From the NCBI GenBank assembly GCA_951406725.2, contig OX597818.1:103354001-103418000 (forward strand): a DNA stretch of 64,000 bases, written 5' to 3'. The notes below the pieces were generated by a model. It had not been told where the DNA came from. It saw only the letters and a program-made list of their open reading frames with translations, and made no database searches. This DNA is from Octopus vulgaris (lineage: Eukaryota). The position numbers and the translations under genes were made by a program. Every line of letters begins with the position of its first letter. Position 1 is the first letter of the stretch. Shown here in pieces: positions 40,444-52,820 of the stretch.

Positions 40444-42626
40444 ATGTGTGTGTGTGTGTGTGCGCGTGTGTATGTGTGTGTGTGTGTATGTGTCTGTGTG
40501 TCTGTGTTTGTCCCCCCAACATTGCTTGACAACCGATGCGGGTGTTTACGTCCTTGTAACTTAGCGGTTTGGCAAAAGAGCCTATAGAATAAGTACTAGG
40601 CTTACAAAAAGTCACTCCCTGGGTCGTTTTTTGCTCAATGAAAGGCAGAACTCCAGCATGGCCGCATTCAAATTACTGAAACAAGTAAAAGAATAAAAGA
40701 AAAGAAAAAATGCAGCCCTTCCGATGACTAAGCAACAGCGACGCCTCATGACTGTGGTCTTTCATTGTATAAATTATTACGTACCTTAGCGTTCCATAAT
40801 CATATCTTCTGCTATGTAATTTAAAAATATTATTAATCTGTTTGTTTCCAAGAATATAAATATTTTTTGATATTCTATTTTGTAAATTGTTCTCAGTATA
40901 TAGGTATCATGAAACATTTAAGACTAGAAGCTATAAAATATTGAAAAATGAACTACAATTACAAAAAAAAAAAAACAGAAACGTAAAGAACATAGAAATA
41001 TACAAATGAAAATAAAAAAATTCAAACTTCTCGAGAATCATGTGAGTATGCGTGATTATTTGTCGACGTTAATATGATTTTCTAACTAATAAGTTCCTAC
41101 TTATTTGGTTTTTAACTTCTTCAAGTTTACTTTCCGACATATTCCGTAATGAATCTTTATGTGTTTCATACAATATTGTTTTCATTCAACTAAACAAAAC
41201 TCTCAACAAAAATTTAATGTTTGTATATTTTTTTGTTAACATTTAGTCATTACTTTTATAAATGTTAATTTTAAGGTAAATCTAAAACTGCAATAACAAA
41301 ATAATTATAACATTTTGTAATATAATCTTTAAACATAAACCTGCATAAACCTACAACAGCGGCGGATCTCTCAATATATTTAAGTAGAATACTGCGTTGA
41401 TTTTATTTTCATGAGGAAATATTTGTCAAAGCTTCGAAGTTTCTTCTAAGATGTTTTTGTCAACCGTACTTGAATATTACGGATATTTTCTTTTTTATTT
41501 GTATTGTTCAGTCTGTAAGTGAGATATGCTGGTTTTTGCTTAGATTTAGCTTAATAACTATATTTTCAGCGTCTTGCTTTAACATTAAACGGAATTTCAC
41601 ACAGAAATATCGCAGTCACAAGTGAGAAGACATTATAAGAAGAAAAGAAGTAAACATCCGTAGACTATCTACATGTGATAGAGAAACACAATAGCGCGAC
41701 AAAAAATCTGACTATTTCTTCTTCAGCAACTACACACTGTCATATTTTCGCTCAATGATATTAGAATTGTCGACAGACGTCTGTGATTGCACTTAAGAAC
41801 TCCCAGCGGAATCAATGACTGCAACAACTCTTTTGATCTCAAAGATTTCATTATAGGTAGCATGGATGTAATATCACTATATCCATCAACTGGTATCGAT
41901 TTCACGGCAACAATAACAAAAAGTGTAGAGAGAAAATATGTGATGTAGTGAGAATGATATAACATTTCGAAAATTCGATGCCAATGAAGTAGGTTTTCTG
42001 ACATGTATATTGGAAATTCCAGCAAGATCGGAAAAAAGTTTTACCTCACCTGCTCTGACTAAGTTCGACCTCAAACGGTTTTGTTGGCTGTAAAAAGTAG
42101 CGCAATGAGTGATCAACTAGATGAGAAATATACAGCCAGAGAAGAATGTCTGTGCCGAGTGCAAAATGATGCTAAATAAGGTCATTATAAAATAATATAT
42201 TAAATTACATACTTGGAAGACCACAGATATTAGTCACTGCATTGCTTGGGATGTACACTTATAAATAATATGGTGCATTAAGCATCGTACCATCAACTAG
42301 TCGGTACCTAATAGACAAACAGTTTGTTATACCAAATAAGTCATAAACAATATAATGGAGAAATAGTCAAACGCATAGTAAATTCCTTTCACTAAAACAT
42401 AAATTTGATCAGCGGTTATAAATTTATATATATATATACACATATAATTCCAAGAGAGTTAGTGGTTGTGAATCCAACCAACTAAGGAATAATATCTATC
42501 CAATATACTTCTGATAGAATACCCAATTATTAATGTACAAGTGTTTTTCCATTGCATGACAATTACACTATTGAATGTAATTAAATGGGTGATGATACAA
42601 AGTTGTTTTATCCTTAATTTACACAC

Positions 42627-42658
<32 letters not shown>

Positions 42659-43657
42659 GAATAATAATGCATATTTATGTTATATTTATTTAATTGAAAA
42701 CCAAGCATCCATTTACAAGTAAGTATATCTAAAACATTTTGATGCTACTCTACTCTATATTGTTTTCTTTTTCCGTCCTTCTGTAATTCCTTTTTCTCTC
42801 CTCCCGCTTTCGACATTTCCTCTCTCTCTCTCTGACTCTCTTTCTCTCTCTCTCGCCACTCCTCTTTTACTTTCTCATGTTGCTCACACGTAACCCGCGT
42901 CTATTTTTCTTTTCCTCCCGTAACCATATTTCCTTTCCGGCACGGACGTTCAAAGGACAGGACTTTTTCCTTCTCTCTCTTCTATCATTTCTTTTTTGAC
43001 ACAAAATATTTCTCAAGGTGCTCGCTATTTTCCTCTCGTTCTGGTCTAACGATCTTCTATGTTTGTTTTCGTTCGGTTCCCTTATATGTCTCCACTGTCC
43101 TGATTTTGCTCCCAACTTTAACCCTCAATAAATCATATGTCTTATTTTAGAAGTTCCGGAAGCAACTGTCTTTCAAGACACATATTACCGTTGAATGCAC
43201 GAAATGAGGGGTAGGTAGACAGCTGACAACTTATGAAGGGTTGTTCGATGTGCTTGCTTCTCCTGTATTCATTTTGACTTTCGTTGTTACGTATTTAACT
43301 CGTTTGTTTTCGTATTTCATTTTGTTTACACAGTTGGTGACGTCCTCTACACATGTAAGCATGTGTGTGTATTTATATTATATTTATCTAATTGAACGCC
43401 ACGCAACTATTTCCAAGTACCCGCGCACACACACACATACACACATAATAACGTATATACATATATATGCCATATATATTTCCATAATTCCAACATTTAT
43501 AAATGTTTCCATTAGGTGTTTCATATTTTGAAATCTTCTAACTGAAGGAAATAGCATCAATCACATTAAACCTACCTCAGTTACGATGTTTCAAGATATA
43601 CACCACGTGATAGAGATATTCATGAATATACAGGTATATGTATATGTATATATATAT

Positions 43658-43694
<37 letters not shown>

Positions 43695-44255
43695 ATAAAA
43701 CATATGCATATATACATACATATATGTACGTACCTACCTCTATATGTATATATACATGCATATATGGGTACAGGACACCAAAAAAAACACGTTGAACACA
43801 ATGCGAATCGAAGACATAAACACAAAACCAAGGAAATGGAAGTTACAAGGAAAATTCCCCTTCTTCAGTCGCCTTTGTTTCATCTACAACGCGTTCGACG
43901 GTCAAGGTGAGACACGACTTTAATGAGACATTCCTTCCGCGAAAAGCAAATTAAATAAAATTTGAGATTTTTTTGCGGAGGGGTAAATGGTAACAAAAAC
44001 AGGACAGTAAAGACAGTAAAGATAGTAAAGACAGGACAGTAAAGACAGTACAAAATATAAACAGTAAAGGACAGGACAAGGAGAATAACAGTAACACAAA
44101 CATTGAGAGCTGTTAAGCAAGAACTAAAGAAAAAATATTATGAATGCATTTGATGACGGCAAGAGAGAGACAGGAAAGCCATCCACACTTGAAGGAAGCC
44201 AGGTCAGAAAGACAGTATATATGTATGTATCGTTGTATATATGTATGTATCGTTG

Positions 44256-44328
<73 letters not shown>

Positions 44329-44458
44329 GTATAAATATATGTATATATATATATATGCCTGTGTAAGTGTATATATAGGTTTATTTGTAGGTATCTGTGA
44401 CTATTTATATATGTATATGAATATATCTACCCATGTTTGCATAGATCAGATATGTAGC

Positions 44459-44510
<52 letters not shown>

Positions 44511-44615
44511 TAGATAAATACATACATAGAGATTTAGTCGTTTATATAAGTCTATATGTCTATAAGTATAAATATATGTATCCCTCAATATCTGGCCGCT
44601 TTCTTTCTATCTATC

Positions 44616-44700
<85 letters not shown>

Positions 44701-45088
44701 GCATACGAAATCACTAAAACACATTCACCCGCATACAAAGACACACACACTCAAAACAAATACACCCACGGTTATCTCCGTAGCATTTCTAACCTGGGCC
44801 CGTTCTTTCATCAGCTTGTTAATTCTTAATTGTCTCTGTGGCTAGTATCCATATGTAGAATTACTCTTATGAAACTCATAAACGTATTCATTGTATATTT
44901 TTCTCTTCTCTGTCGTTATTTGGGATTACCTGTCTGTGGGATTTTGCTCTTTCTTTTCTTCTCTTTCTTAACTTAGTTCGGCAGATACCTGTGATTAACA
45001 ATTCACACATACATGCACACACATACACACACATACACATATATATATATATGCATGTATGTGTATATATATATATATGTATATATGC

Positions 45089-45123
<35 letters not shown>

Positions 45124-45127
<4 letters not shown>

Positions 45128-46855
45128 TGATTGATTGATTGATTGATTGATTCTAGTTTCAGCTTATGAGCTGTCGCCATGCTGGGGCACCGCCATTTGG
45201 TGTTGCTACTTGGTTTCACTTCATGGAGGCTTTCTAGCAACTGCTATTTGGTGCATGAGAGAGTTCGATGCAGCTGCCCTCATCTGCCCCTCTTGCCGTG
45301 AAGTTGGTTCATCTGGGACACCTGACAGGAAGAGATCCAGCTCCATTTTAAAGACATCTGTATCCACCCCATGCAGGTCTCTCAGGTTCTTCGGGAGGAT
45401 ATTGAAGAGCTGTGGGCCTCGGAAGCCCAGGCTATCACAGAATCTTGTCCTACATCTTGATGGCAAGTTTGGAGTCCTAGGCACCACGCAGTGGCGCCCA
45501 GTTCTGGCATTTGCGTAACTCTCGATGCCAAAGTTCAGGACACTTCCCTCCAGGATCTTCCAGATGTATATTATGGCATATCTTTCCCGCCTACGCTCCA
45601 GGGAATATAATTTTAATCTCTTGAGTCTTTCCCAGTAGCTTACATTCTGCATAGAGGCTATCTTCTTCGTGTAGCTTCGTTGGATCGCCTCAAGTTCTGT
45701 GATCAACTTGACACTGGATGGTGACCATAGCTGAGAGCAATAGTCAAATTGACTTAGGACAAGTGTCTTCCAGAGGACCATCATGGTTTCTTGTTCTCTT
45801 GTTCCAAAGGTTCTAAGAATCCATCCAGCCAGCCGTCTGCATTTCATTGTCAGTTTAGCAACATGTACATGAAAGGTCGCGTCATCACTCATGTGAATAC
45901 CCAGGTCACGCACTGATTGTGCCTCTGGGATTGCAATCCCTCCGGGTCCAGTGTATTCCTTGGGTATTGCATTCAGTTTTGCATGCTGATAGTATAAAGC
46001 TTGAAACTTTTCAGCATTGAACTGCATGCTATTCTTTTCAGCCCACTTGTATATTTCGTCCAGCTCATATTGCAGGTGCCTAGTGTCTTCAGGGTTCTGT
46101 ATTGCCTGTGAAACTTTTGTATCATCTGCATAACTTGTGATCGTGGCTCTCCGCGTGGCTGAGGGCATGTCTGAGAGGGCCATTATGAACAGTAGTGGTC
46201 CCAAAACAGTGCCCTTTGGAACACCGCTCACTATTTGCGTGCTAATGGAGGTGGCCCCATTGGCTACTACCACCTGACTTCTATTCTTCAGAAAGTCGTG
46301 AAGCCATTCTCCTAGTTTTCCAACTATGCCAAGATCACGCAGTTTGTGACATATCATTCCATGATCGACTTTATCGAAGGCCTTTGCGAAGTCGAGATAT
46401 ATGACTTCCACATTTGAGTGGTTGAGCAGTTGTTTCAGCACCCAGTCATAGTGCTGCAGGAGCTGAGTTAAGCAGCTTCTTCCTGGTCGGAAACCATGTT
46501 GGGTGTCAGGCAGCAAGTCATTTTCTTCAAGGAAGGTGATTAGTTTCCTTCTGACTATTCGTTCCATGACCTTGCTGATGTGTGAGGTCAGAGAGATAGG
46601 TATGTAGTTCTTGGCCTCCGCTCTGCTACCTCCTTTATGAATAGGGCATATTTTACCTTCCTTCAGTTTTCTTGGAAGTTTGCCAGCTGCAAGGAAGCTC
46701 TGAAAGAGGAACTGCAGTGGTCTTGCTAAGACTCTCTTACATACTTTTAAGAGGATTGCCGGGAATCCATCGGGACCAATAGCTGAGTCTATTTTCATTT
46801 CATCTATAGCCTTTATTACATCGTCTTCCTCTATATCGATGTAATTTATCGTCGC
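45124..46855 (-). mobile_element. 5'-truncated CR1-group non-LTR retrotransposon (LINE) with (AATC)n tail
   Basis: RT ORF followed by a short 3' UTR ending GGCGGTGCCCCAGCATGGCGACAGCTCATAAGCTGAAACTAG-(AATC)n, abutting (TA)n. No endonuclease domain is present. Confidence 0.9.
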
Positions 46856-46948
46856 CGGAGAGGGGAGGCTGGTATGAATGGGCGACTGCTGGTCTTCCAT
46901 AAAAACACGCCTATGTTGTGCGTTCGACGACGTGGCGACTATCCGCAC
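45221..46948 (-). CDS. LINE ORF2 reverse transcriptase domain plus C-terminus (open frame, 575 aa; first ~30 aa are not LINE-derived)
   Basis: Motifs GPDGFP, PISLTSHISKVMERIV, QHGFRPGRSC, YLDFAKAFDKVDH, GVPKGTVLGPLLF, YADD, and C-terminal SLERRRERY typical of CR1-group elements. Confidence 0.9.
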   Translation of the reverse strand: MRIVATSSNAQHRRVFMEDQQSPIHTSLPSPATINYIDIEEDDVIKAIDEMKIDSAIGPDGFPAILLKVCKRVLARPLQFLFQSFLAAGKLPRKLKEGKICPIHKGGSRAEAKNYIPISLTSHISKVMERIVRRKLITFLEENDLLPDTQHGFRPGRSCLTQLLQHYDWVLKQLLNHSNVEVIYLDFAKAFDKVDHGMICHKLRDLGIVGKLGEWLHDFLKNRSQVVVANGATSISTQIVSGVPKGTVLGPLLFIMALSDMPSATRRATITSYADDTKVSQAIQNPEDTRHLQYELDEIYKWAEKNSMQFNAEKFQALYYQHAKLNAIPKEYTGPGGIAIPEAQSVRDLGIHMSDDATFHVHVAKLTMKCRRLAGWILRTFGTREQETMMVLWKTLVLSQFDYCSQLWSPSSVKLITELEAIQRSYTKKIASMQNVSYWERLKRLKLYSLERRRERYAIIYIWKILEGSVLNFGIESYANARTGRHCVVPRTPNLPSRCRTRFCDSLGFRGPQLFNILPKNLRDLHGVDTDVFKMELDLFLSGVPDEPTSRQEGQMRAAASNSLMHQIAVARKPP

Positions 46949-47017
46949 AGATTTGTTCCCCAGAGGGGAAGCTCTCAGGTTTATCCATGGACATTGTGAA
47001 CGATGGAGTCGAGTTTC

Positions 47018-47052
<35 letters not shown>

Positions 47053-47058
47053 TATATC

Positions 47059-47210
47059 TATATAAGGCACCGTTGACTATCTATATAAGGCACCGCTGAC
47101 TATCTATATAAGACACCGCTGATATCTATATAAGGCACCATACTATATATAATGACTATCTATATAAGGCACCGTTGACTATATATATATATATAAGGCA
47201 CCGTTGACTA

Positions 47211-47215
<5 letters not shown>
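47059..47215. repeat. Minisatellite, ~23-bp unit TATAAGGCACCGTTGACTATCTA, about 6 copies
   Basis: Directly visible tandem units with TA expansion. Confidence 0.85.
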
Positions 47216-47245
<30 letters not shown>

Positions 47246-47363
47246 GTATATATAATATGTGACAAATATTCGGTAGCCATGATAAAACTCGAACATACAT
47301 ACATAAGGTATACGTCTATCTCATTCGTGGGTACTATACCATGAGTCTATGACACATATTTCA

Positions 47364-47450
<87 letters not shown>

Positions 47451-47537
47451 GATAGATATATCTTTAACTGTCCGAAGAACGGGAACATGAAACTCTGAAT
47501 AACTCTTTTAGTAAAATGTTTGCTGTTTTTGAATAAA

Positions 47538-47575
<38 letters not shown>

Positions 47576-48663
47576 ACATTTATACTTATATATATATAAT
47601 TTTATTTATACTTTTGTATATAGTTATATTTATATATATTAATAATTATATTTACATTCATGTTTATATATGCATGCATGTAATATTGCTGAGGCGGACG
47701 CTTCGAGTGCTTTAATATGCAAGTAAGCAGCTTCTAATATTGCATTCAGCCTATATATAATTTTGTATGCTAATATATATTTACATATCAAGGGTTGCTT
47801 TCTCTACTTATATGTATGCTCTTCCGGATGACGTCTACATTTGTATATACATATGTGCATATGGGGTTGTGAGTGCGTGTGTAAACACGTACCTTCATAC
47901 GTATATATTTCCATACAAATATGTATGCATATCAACATATGGATATATATTCATGGATATATATATATATATATATACATACACGCATATATACAGATAT
48001 TATATTTATATATATAGATATACATATATATGTATGTATATAGTCACATCGATGAATATGAAACAAATGTAAAGACATATATGTTACTACATCTACGTGT
48101 GAAAGTGTTTTTTTTAATATTGAGAACGTCTGTGTATGCGCCCGTGCGAGCTGGTGTTTGCCCGTATTCTTCTGTGTGCCTGTTTCTGAGAGTGTATTTG
48201 TGCGTAAGTGCATAATATAGATTGAAACGGTTCAAGCAATTGCGTTCGTCTGATCTATCTTTTATGTTATTTTCTTTCTAAAGTAATTTTCTTCATATGT
48301 CTTTTATTTGTATTTACTTGGATCCCCCCCCCCGTATACGCCGCTCACCATTATCATTTTCTCGGAAATATAAAGAGGCTATTTTTGTTTCATGTCTGAC
48401 TAATTTTGAAGCCATAAACTTTCTTTGATCGCATATTTCTGTCTAACTTAATTGTTCTGAGCAAAAAAAAAAAAAATTCATAATAATATTAATAATATCA
48501 ATATTAACATTAATGCTGATGTTACATCTTCAGCCTTCCCCGACACCATCACCCCCCCCCCCAGACACCTACATACACACATTAAACACACGACCATCAG
48601 CGCCACCACAAGTACGATTATACGACTACTGCAACTACAACTACGACACGGATAACAATAAAC

Positions 48664-48766
<103 letters not shown>

Positions 48767-48843
48767 TAATAATAATAATAATAATGATAATAATAATAAT
48801 AATAATAATAATAACGATGATGATAATAATAATAATAATAATG

Positions 48844-48884
<41 letters not shown>

Positions 48885-49644
48885 GATAATAAAAATAATA
48901 ATCTCAGCTATAATAATAAAGAATTATGAAAGATAAAGCTTGTGTCTGCAATATATTGCAGGCTAATTTAAAACTACTTTGAAATCCGCTCTCGATCGCA
49001 TTCTAATTCGAACGTTCACATATTCACGTAAATAAAGCCACAGAAATAGACAGATACACAGATACACAGAGTTACACGTTTATATGTGTGTATGTATAGA
49101 ATATGACTAAATAACATTATCCATTGTATATCTGTTAAAAAAAAAGATAAACAAACGCAGGCATCTATCAAAGTCATTAATTATAAGTGGTAGGAAATTG
49201 AAAAACAATCTTCATTTCGAAATCCTATTGCGTTCGTAATATTTTTAAATGAATGACAAAAAGGTTGTTTGAAAATTATTCTGTACGTTTACATCGTCAC
49301 CCATATATTTCATGTTAGTTGTTCGTGTCTTTCAGACGTATTATCGCAGGTGAACAACATATATACGAAACAATATTTTCCTTTTATTTTGATAAGACAT
49401 TGCGCATATGTTTGTACATGTAAACTGAATAATAAAATAAATTCCATAAGAATATCCCGCCCATTAATAATCTATGATAAGATATTGAAGATGCAAATGT
49501 ATATATTTGAGGATATTTCATGAGAGTCGATTTAAATTTATGTTCCAAACACACAGTAGAATTTTTCGTAGAAACATATACATTTCCCTCAATCATTTAG
49601 TGAACGAATATATGAATAACTCAAGTAATTAATCACCTTGAATT

Positions 49645-49862
49645 AAAGTCCCCCTTCGGTTATTAATGACCCTGGAATTTCCCCTAGAATGTTTCTAACC
49701 AAGCACAAGTCTGGGTAAGGTTACTTTTTAAAGACTTGCAGTCGCCCATGCATACCAGCGTCCCCTCCCTACGCTACCGATGGTACCCAAGGGAAAGGCA
49801 AAACCCGGTATAGCTGGGCACCAGTGATGTCACAATGGATTTCTACAGCTGGAGTAACGTGA
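49645..49862. repeat. Interspersed repeat (probably SINE body); a ~50-bp piece recurs inverted at 46855-46905
   Basis: GCAGTCGCCCATGCATACCAGCGTCCCCTC matches the reverse complement of 46860-46890. Confidence 0.55.
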
Positions 49863-49864
49863 TT

Positions 49865-50532
49865 TATTGGGTTGGCAACTATGTTCCTGGCGATTTGTTT
49901 TTATTAAATTTTGGAATTCATTGCGTTTTTCAATTTTTGGAATATATTTTTTTTTTCGAGAATTGTATTTTTGGATCATTTTGGAATCTTTTTTTTTTTT
50001 CTAGTTAATTTGAGTTATTTTTTATTATTTTTAGAACATTAAAATGGAATGTGCAGTTAAGAAAAACGTGCATTTTCGACACCTTCTTTTTGCTTTTAAT
50101 CAAGGTTCTACGGCTGCAAAAGCTGCTCGCGATACTTGTGCTGTGTATGGAGAGGAGGACATAACTGAAAGAACCGATCGTGATTGGTATGCCAAGTTCA
50201 CAAATGGGAATTTTGACCTCAAACACGTACCTCGTCCAGGCTATATCCAGTTGAGTTCGATGAAGAGCGATTAAACCAACTTTTGCAACGAAAATTCTCG
50301 TCAAAGGACAAGGGAACTGGAAGTGAAAATAGAATGCTTCCACACTGCTATAGAGAAGTAACATCACTCGATGGGAAAGGTTCAGACGTAGGGAGCATGG
50401 GTTCCGCATGATTTGAGTGACAACAAAAATCATTGAGTCACAATCTCCGCTAGTTCGCTTGCTCGCCACCGCTCAACTCATGGACACAAGCAACGATTTC
50501 TTTACCGAATCGTTACTGGCGACGAAAAACGG
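49865..50532 (+). pseudogene. Mariner transposon left end with 5' half of transposase, truncated
   Basis: TA-TTGGGTTGGCAACTA TIR-like start; HFRHLLFAFNQGSTAAKAARDTCAVYGE...WYAKF...PRPG; WVPHDL motif; ends at RIVTGDEK. Confidence 0.85.
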
Positions 50533-50602
50533 TGCGTGTGTGCATGTACTGCATAGGTGTGTGTATGTGTGTAAGAGAAGGAGAGGCACACAGCTAAGTG
50601 GT

Positions 50603-50805
50603 TAAGGCGGCGAGCTGGCAAAATATTTAGCGCACTGGACGAAATGCATATCGCTACGTCCTGAGTTCAAGTTCCGCTGAGGTCGACTTTGCCTGTCATC
50701 ATTTCGGGGTCGATATATTAAATACCACTGAAACACTGGGGTTGATGTAATCGATTTCTTCCCTCCCCTAAAATTTCAGGCTTTCTGTCCATAGCAGAAA
50801 GGAGT
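50603..50805 (+). mobile_element. SINE family 1
   Basis: AAGGCGGCGAGCTGGCA head, B box and core. Confidence 0.8.
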
Positions 50806-50887
50806 AGCAAAGTGGTTAGAGTGTTGCATCGGATTCCTGGCTCAGGCATTTAGTTGTGTACTTTGGATCTTTTATATACATGTGTGC

Positions 50888-50951
<64 letters not shown>

Positions 50952-51899
50952 CTGTGTGTGTGCGTGTATATATATATATAGTTGAGTAAAATAGTTGTAT
51001 TTCCTTATCCTTTTAGCAGCCAAATTGCTTTGTCAAATTTAGTGCTTGTATATTTACAGTGTTTTGCATTAATCATGTACTGTTTTGTATCTTTAAGATT
51101 TCAAATATTTCTAGAATGGCGCTTTAGGCTCGGTAAAAAAAAAAACGGAGACACAATCGTATGGCGGATTTGAACACAAAACAAGTAGAATATTTTGGCC
51201 CAGATATAGGTGCTTTAAATGTTAACACTTTCAGCCGTAGTTATGCATTAAACCTATACGTATACAAATAAACGTCACTCATGGTCGTACACACATATAT
51301 GACACAATGTGATTTTGCTTTCTAAACTAAACTCGTTTCTTAGTAGATGAACTAATGAACAATTGATTTCTCACTTTGACCATGCCATTTGTATTTGACA
51401 GTCCTTTCTAGAATCTCACGTCTCCCCTTACATGTTTCTTCCCTTGTTGGTTCATATTATATACGAGTTTACAAATATTATTTGCATTTATTGTGTAATG
51501 AATAAACGTATTTATACGCTTAGCTGATAGTTCGATTACGTCTTGATATTTGGTTTGCGAAATTCTTGTCTGTTGAAAAAATCTTGTGTCTTGAGAGGGT
51601 ATTGACGCCAATAATAACACACGATGAAGTTCAGTATCACTTCATTATTGTTAATCAATTAATCAACCAGCTAACTAATCGTTAGTTTATTTAATATGCT
51701 GGTTAAACAACCAATCGTTTGTTTGTTAATCAAAGTTTTGTCATCGATAATAGCGACCTTTTCAATGACTTGTCCTCAATCCTCAAGTTCTAATAATTCA
51801 ATATTTTATAACAATTTGCTGTTGAATTATTGTAATTAGAGAACTTTTTTCAGAACTTTTGACTGAGGTTTCCAGAAATGCACGAATAATTTCACTATT

Positions 51900-52262
51900 G
51901 TGGCGTGGCTACCTCGTAAGAAGCTTGCTTCCCATCCATATGATCCTGGGTTTAGTTACGCTGCGTGGCATCTTGGGCAAGTATCTTCTACTATAGCATC
52001 GGGTGGACGAGAGCCCTCTGAGTTGATTTCATAGATAGAAACTACAAGAAGCCCATCATACATATGTGGGATTGTATGTATGTGTGCGTGTGTCTCTGCC
52101 TGTACTTGTCCCACCACCGCTTAACAGCCGGTTTCGGTGTATTTATGTCCCCGTAATCAAGCGGCACTGCAAAAGAGACCGATATAATAAGTATTAAGCA
52201 TAAAAAAAGTTGGCGGCCCAGCAGGACTTCAGTCAAATGAATAAAACAAAATGAAAGATAAA
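51900..52262 (+). mobile_element. SINE family 2 (diverged)
   Basis: Head, CORE-like segment and body homologous to the other copies. Confidence 0.75.
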
Positions 52263-52720
52263 AAATGCTTGGACGCAATACATATTCTCACATTTACTTT
52301 CCGTTTCCGGTACAATCCGAATCCATCTCCTCAAGATGCAACAGGTTGCTTTCTGCATGATACTCAATTAACAGTGTGACACTAATCTCCAATGTGCATC
52401 TGAACAGTAACTACTTGGATGAAAATTATCAACCTACGAGACATTCGGTGAATTCTTCAATTAATTTCGGTAGGTGATGCAAGCATGATGTCTTTAATTC
52501 GGAGTTATTGCTGAGTTTTGTATTTATATTTTGTTAAAGATGAAAATAGAGACTTAGTGAAGAACTAACACTGGAAACTTTATACATACTTTGTATTAAA
52601 TGTAAGTCTTAAAATGGACAATTTAAATTTAAAATTTTTATTTGTTGCTGTAAGCAAAGTAAATTATATTACATTAATCTATTTTAAAGCTTAAGACGAA
52701 ATATGGTAAGATACGTACAG

Positions 52721-52820
52721 NNNNNNNNNNNNNNNNNNNNNNNNNNNNNNNNNNNNNNNNNNNNNNNNNNNNNNNNNNNNNNNNNNNNNNNNNNNNNNNN
52801 NNNNNNNNNNNNNNNNNNNN
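52721..52820. other. Assembly gap (100 N)
   Basis: Run of n characters. Confidence 1.

Noticed and set aside
46856-46948. N-terminus of the 575-aa ORF as a real start
   Set aside because: The sequence derives from a different repeat (also at 49725-49775); the LINE is 5'-truncated.
47059-47215. CRISPR-like array of ~23-bp repeats
   Set aside because: There are no unique spacers or cas genes and the context is eukaryotic; it is a minisatellite.
50044-50274. SETMAR host gene
   Set aside because: It is only a broken mariner transposase with a TIR; no SET domain is present.
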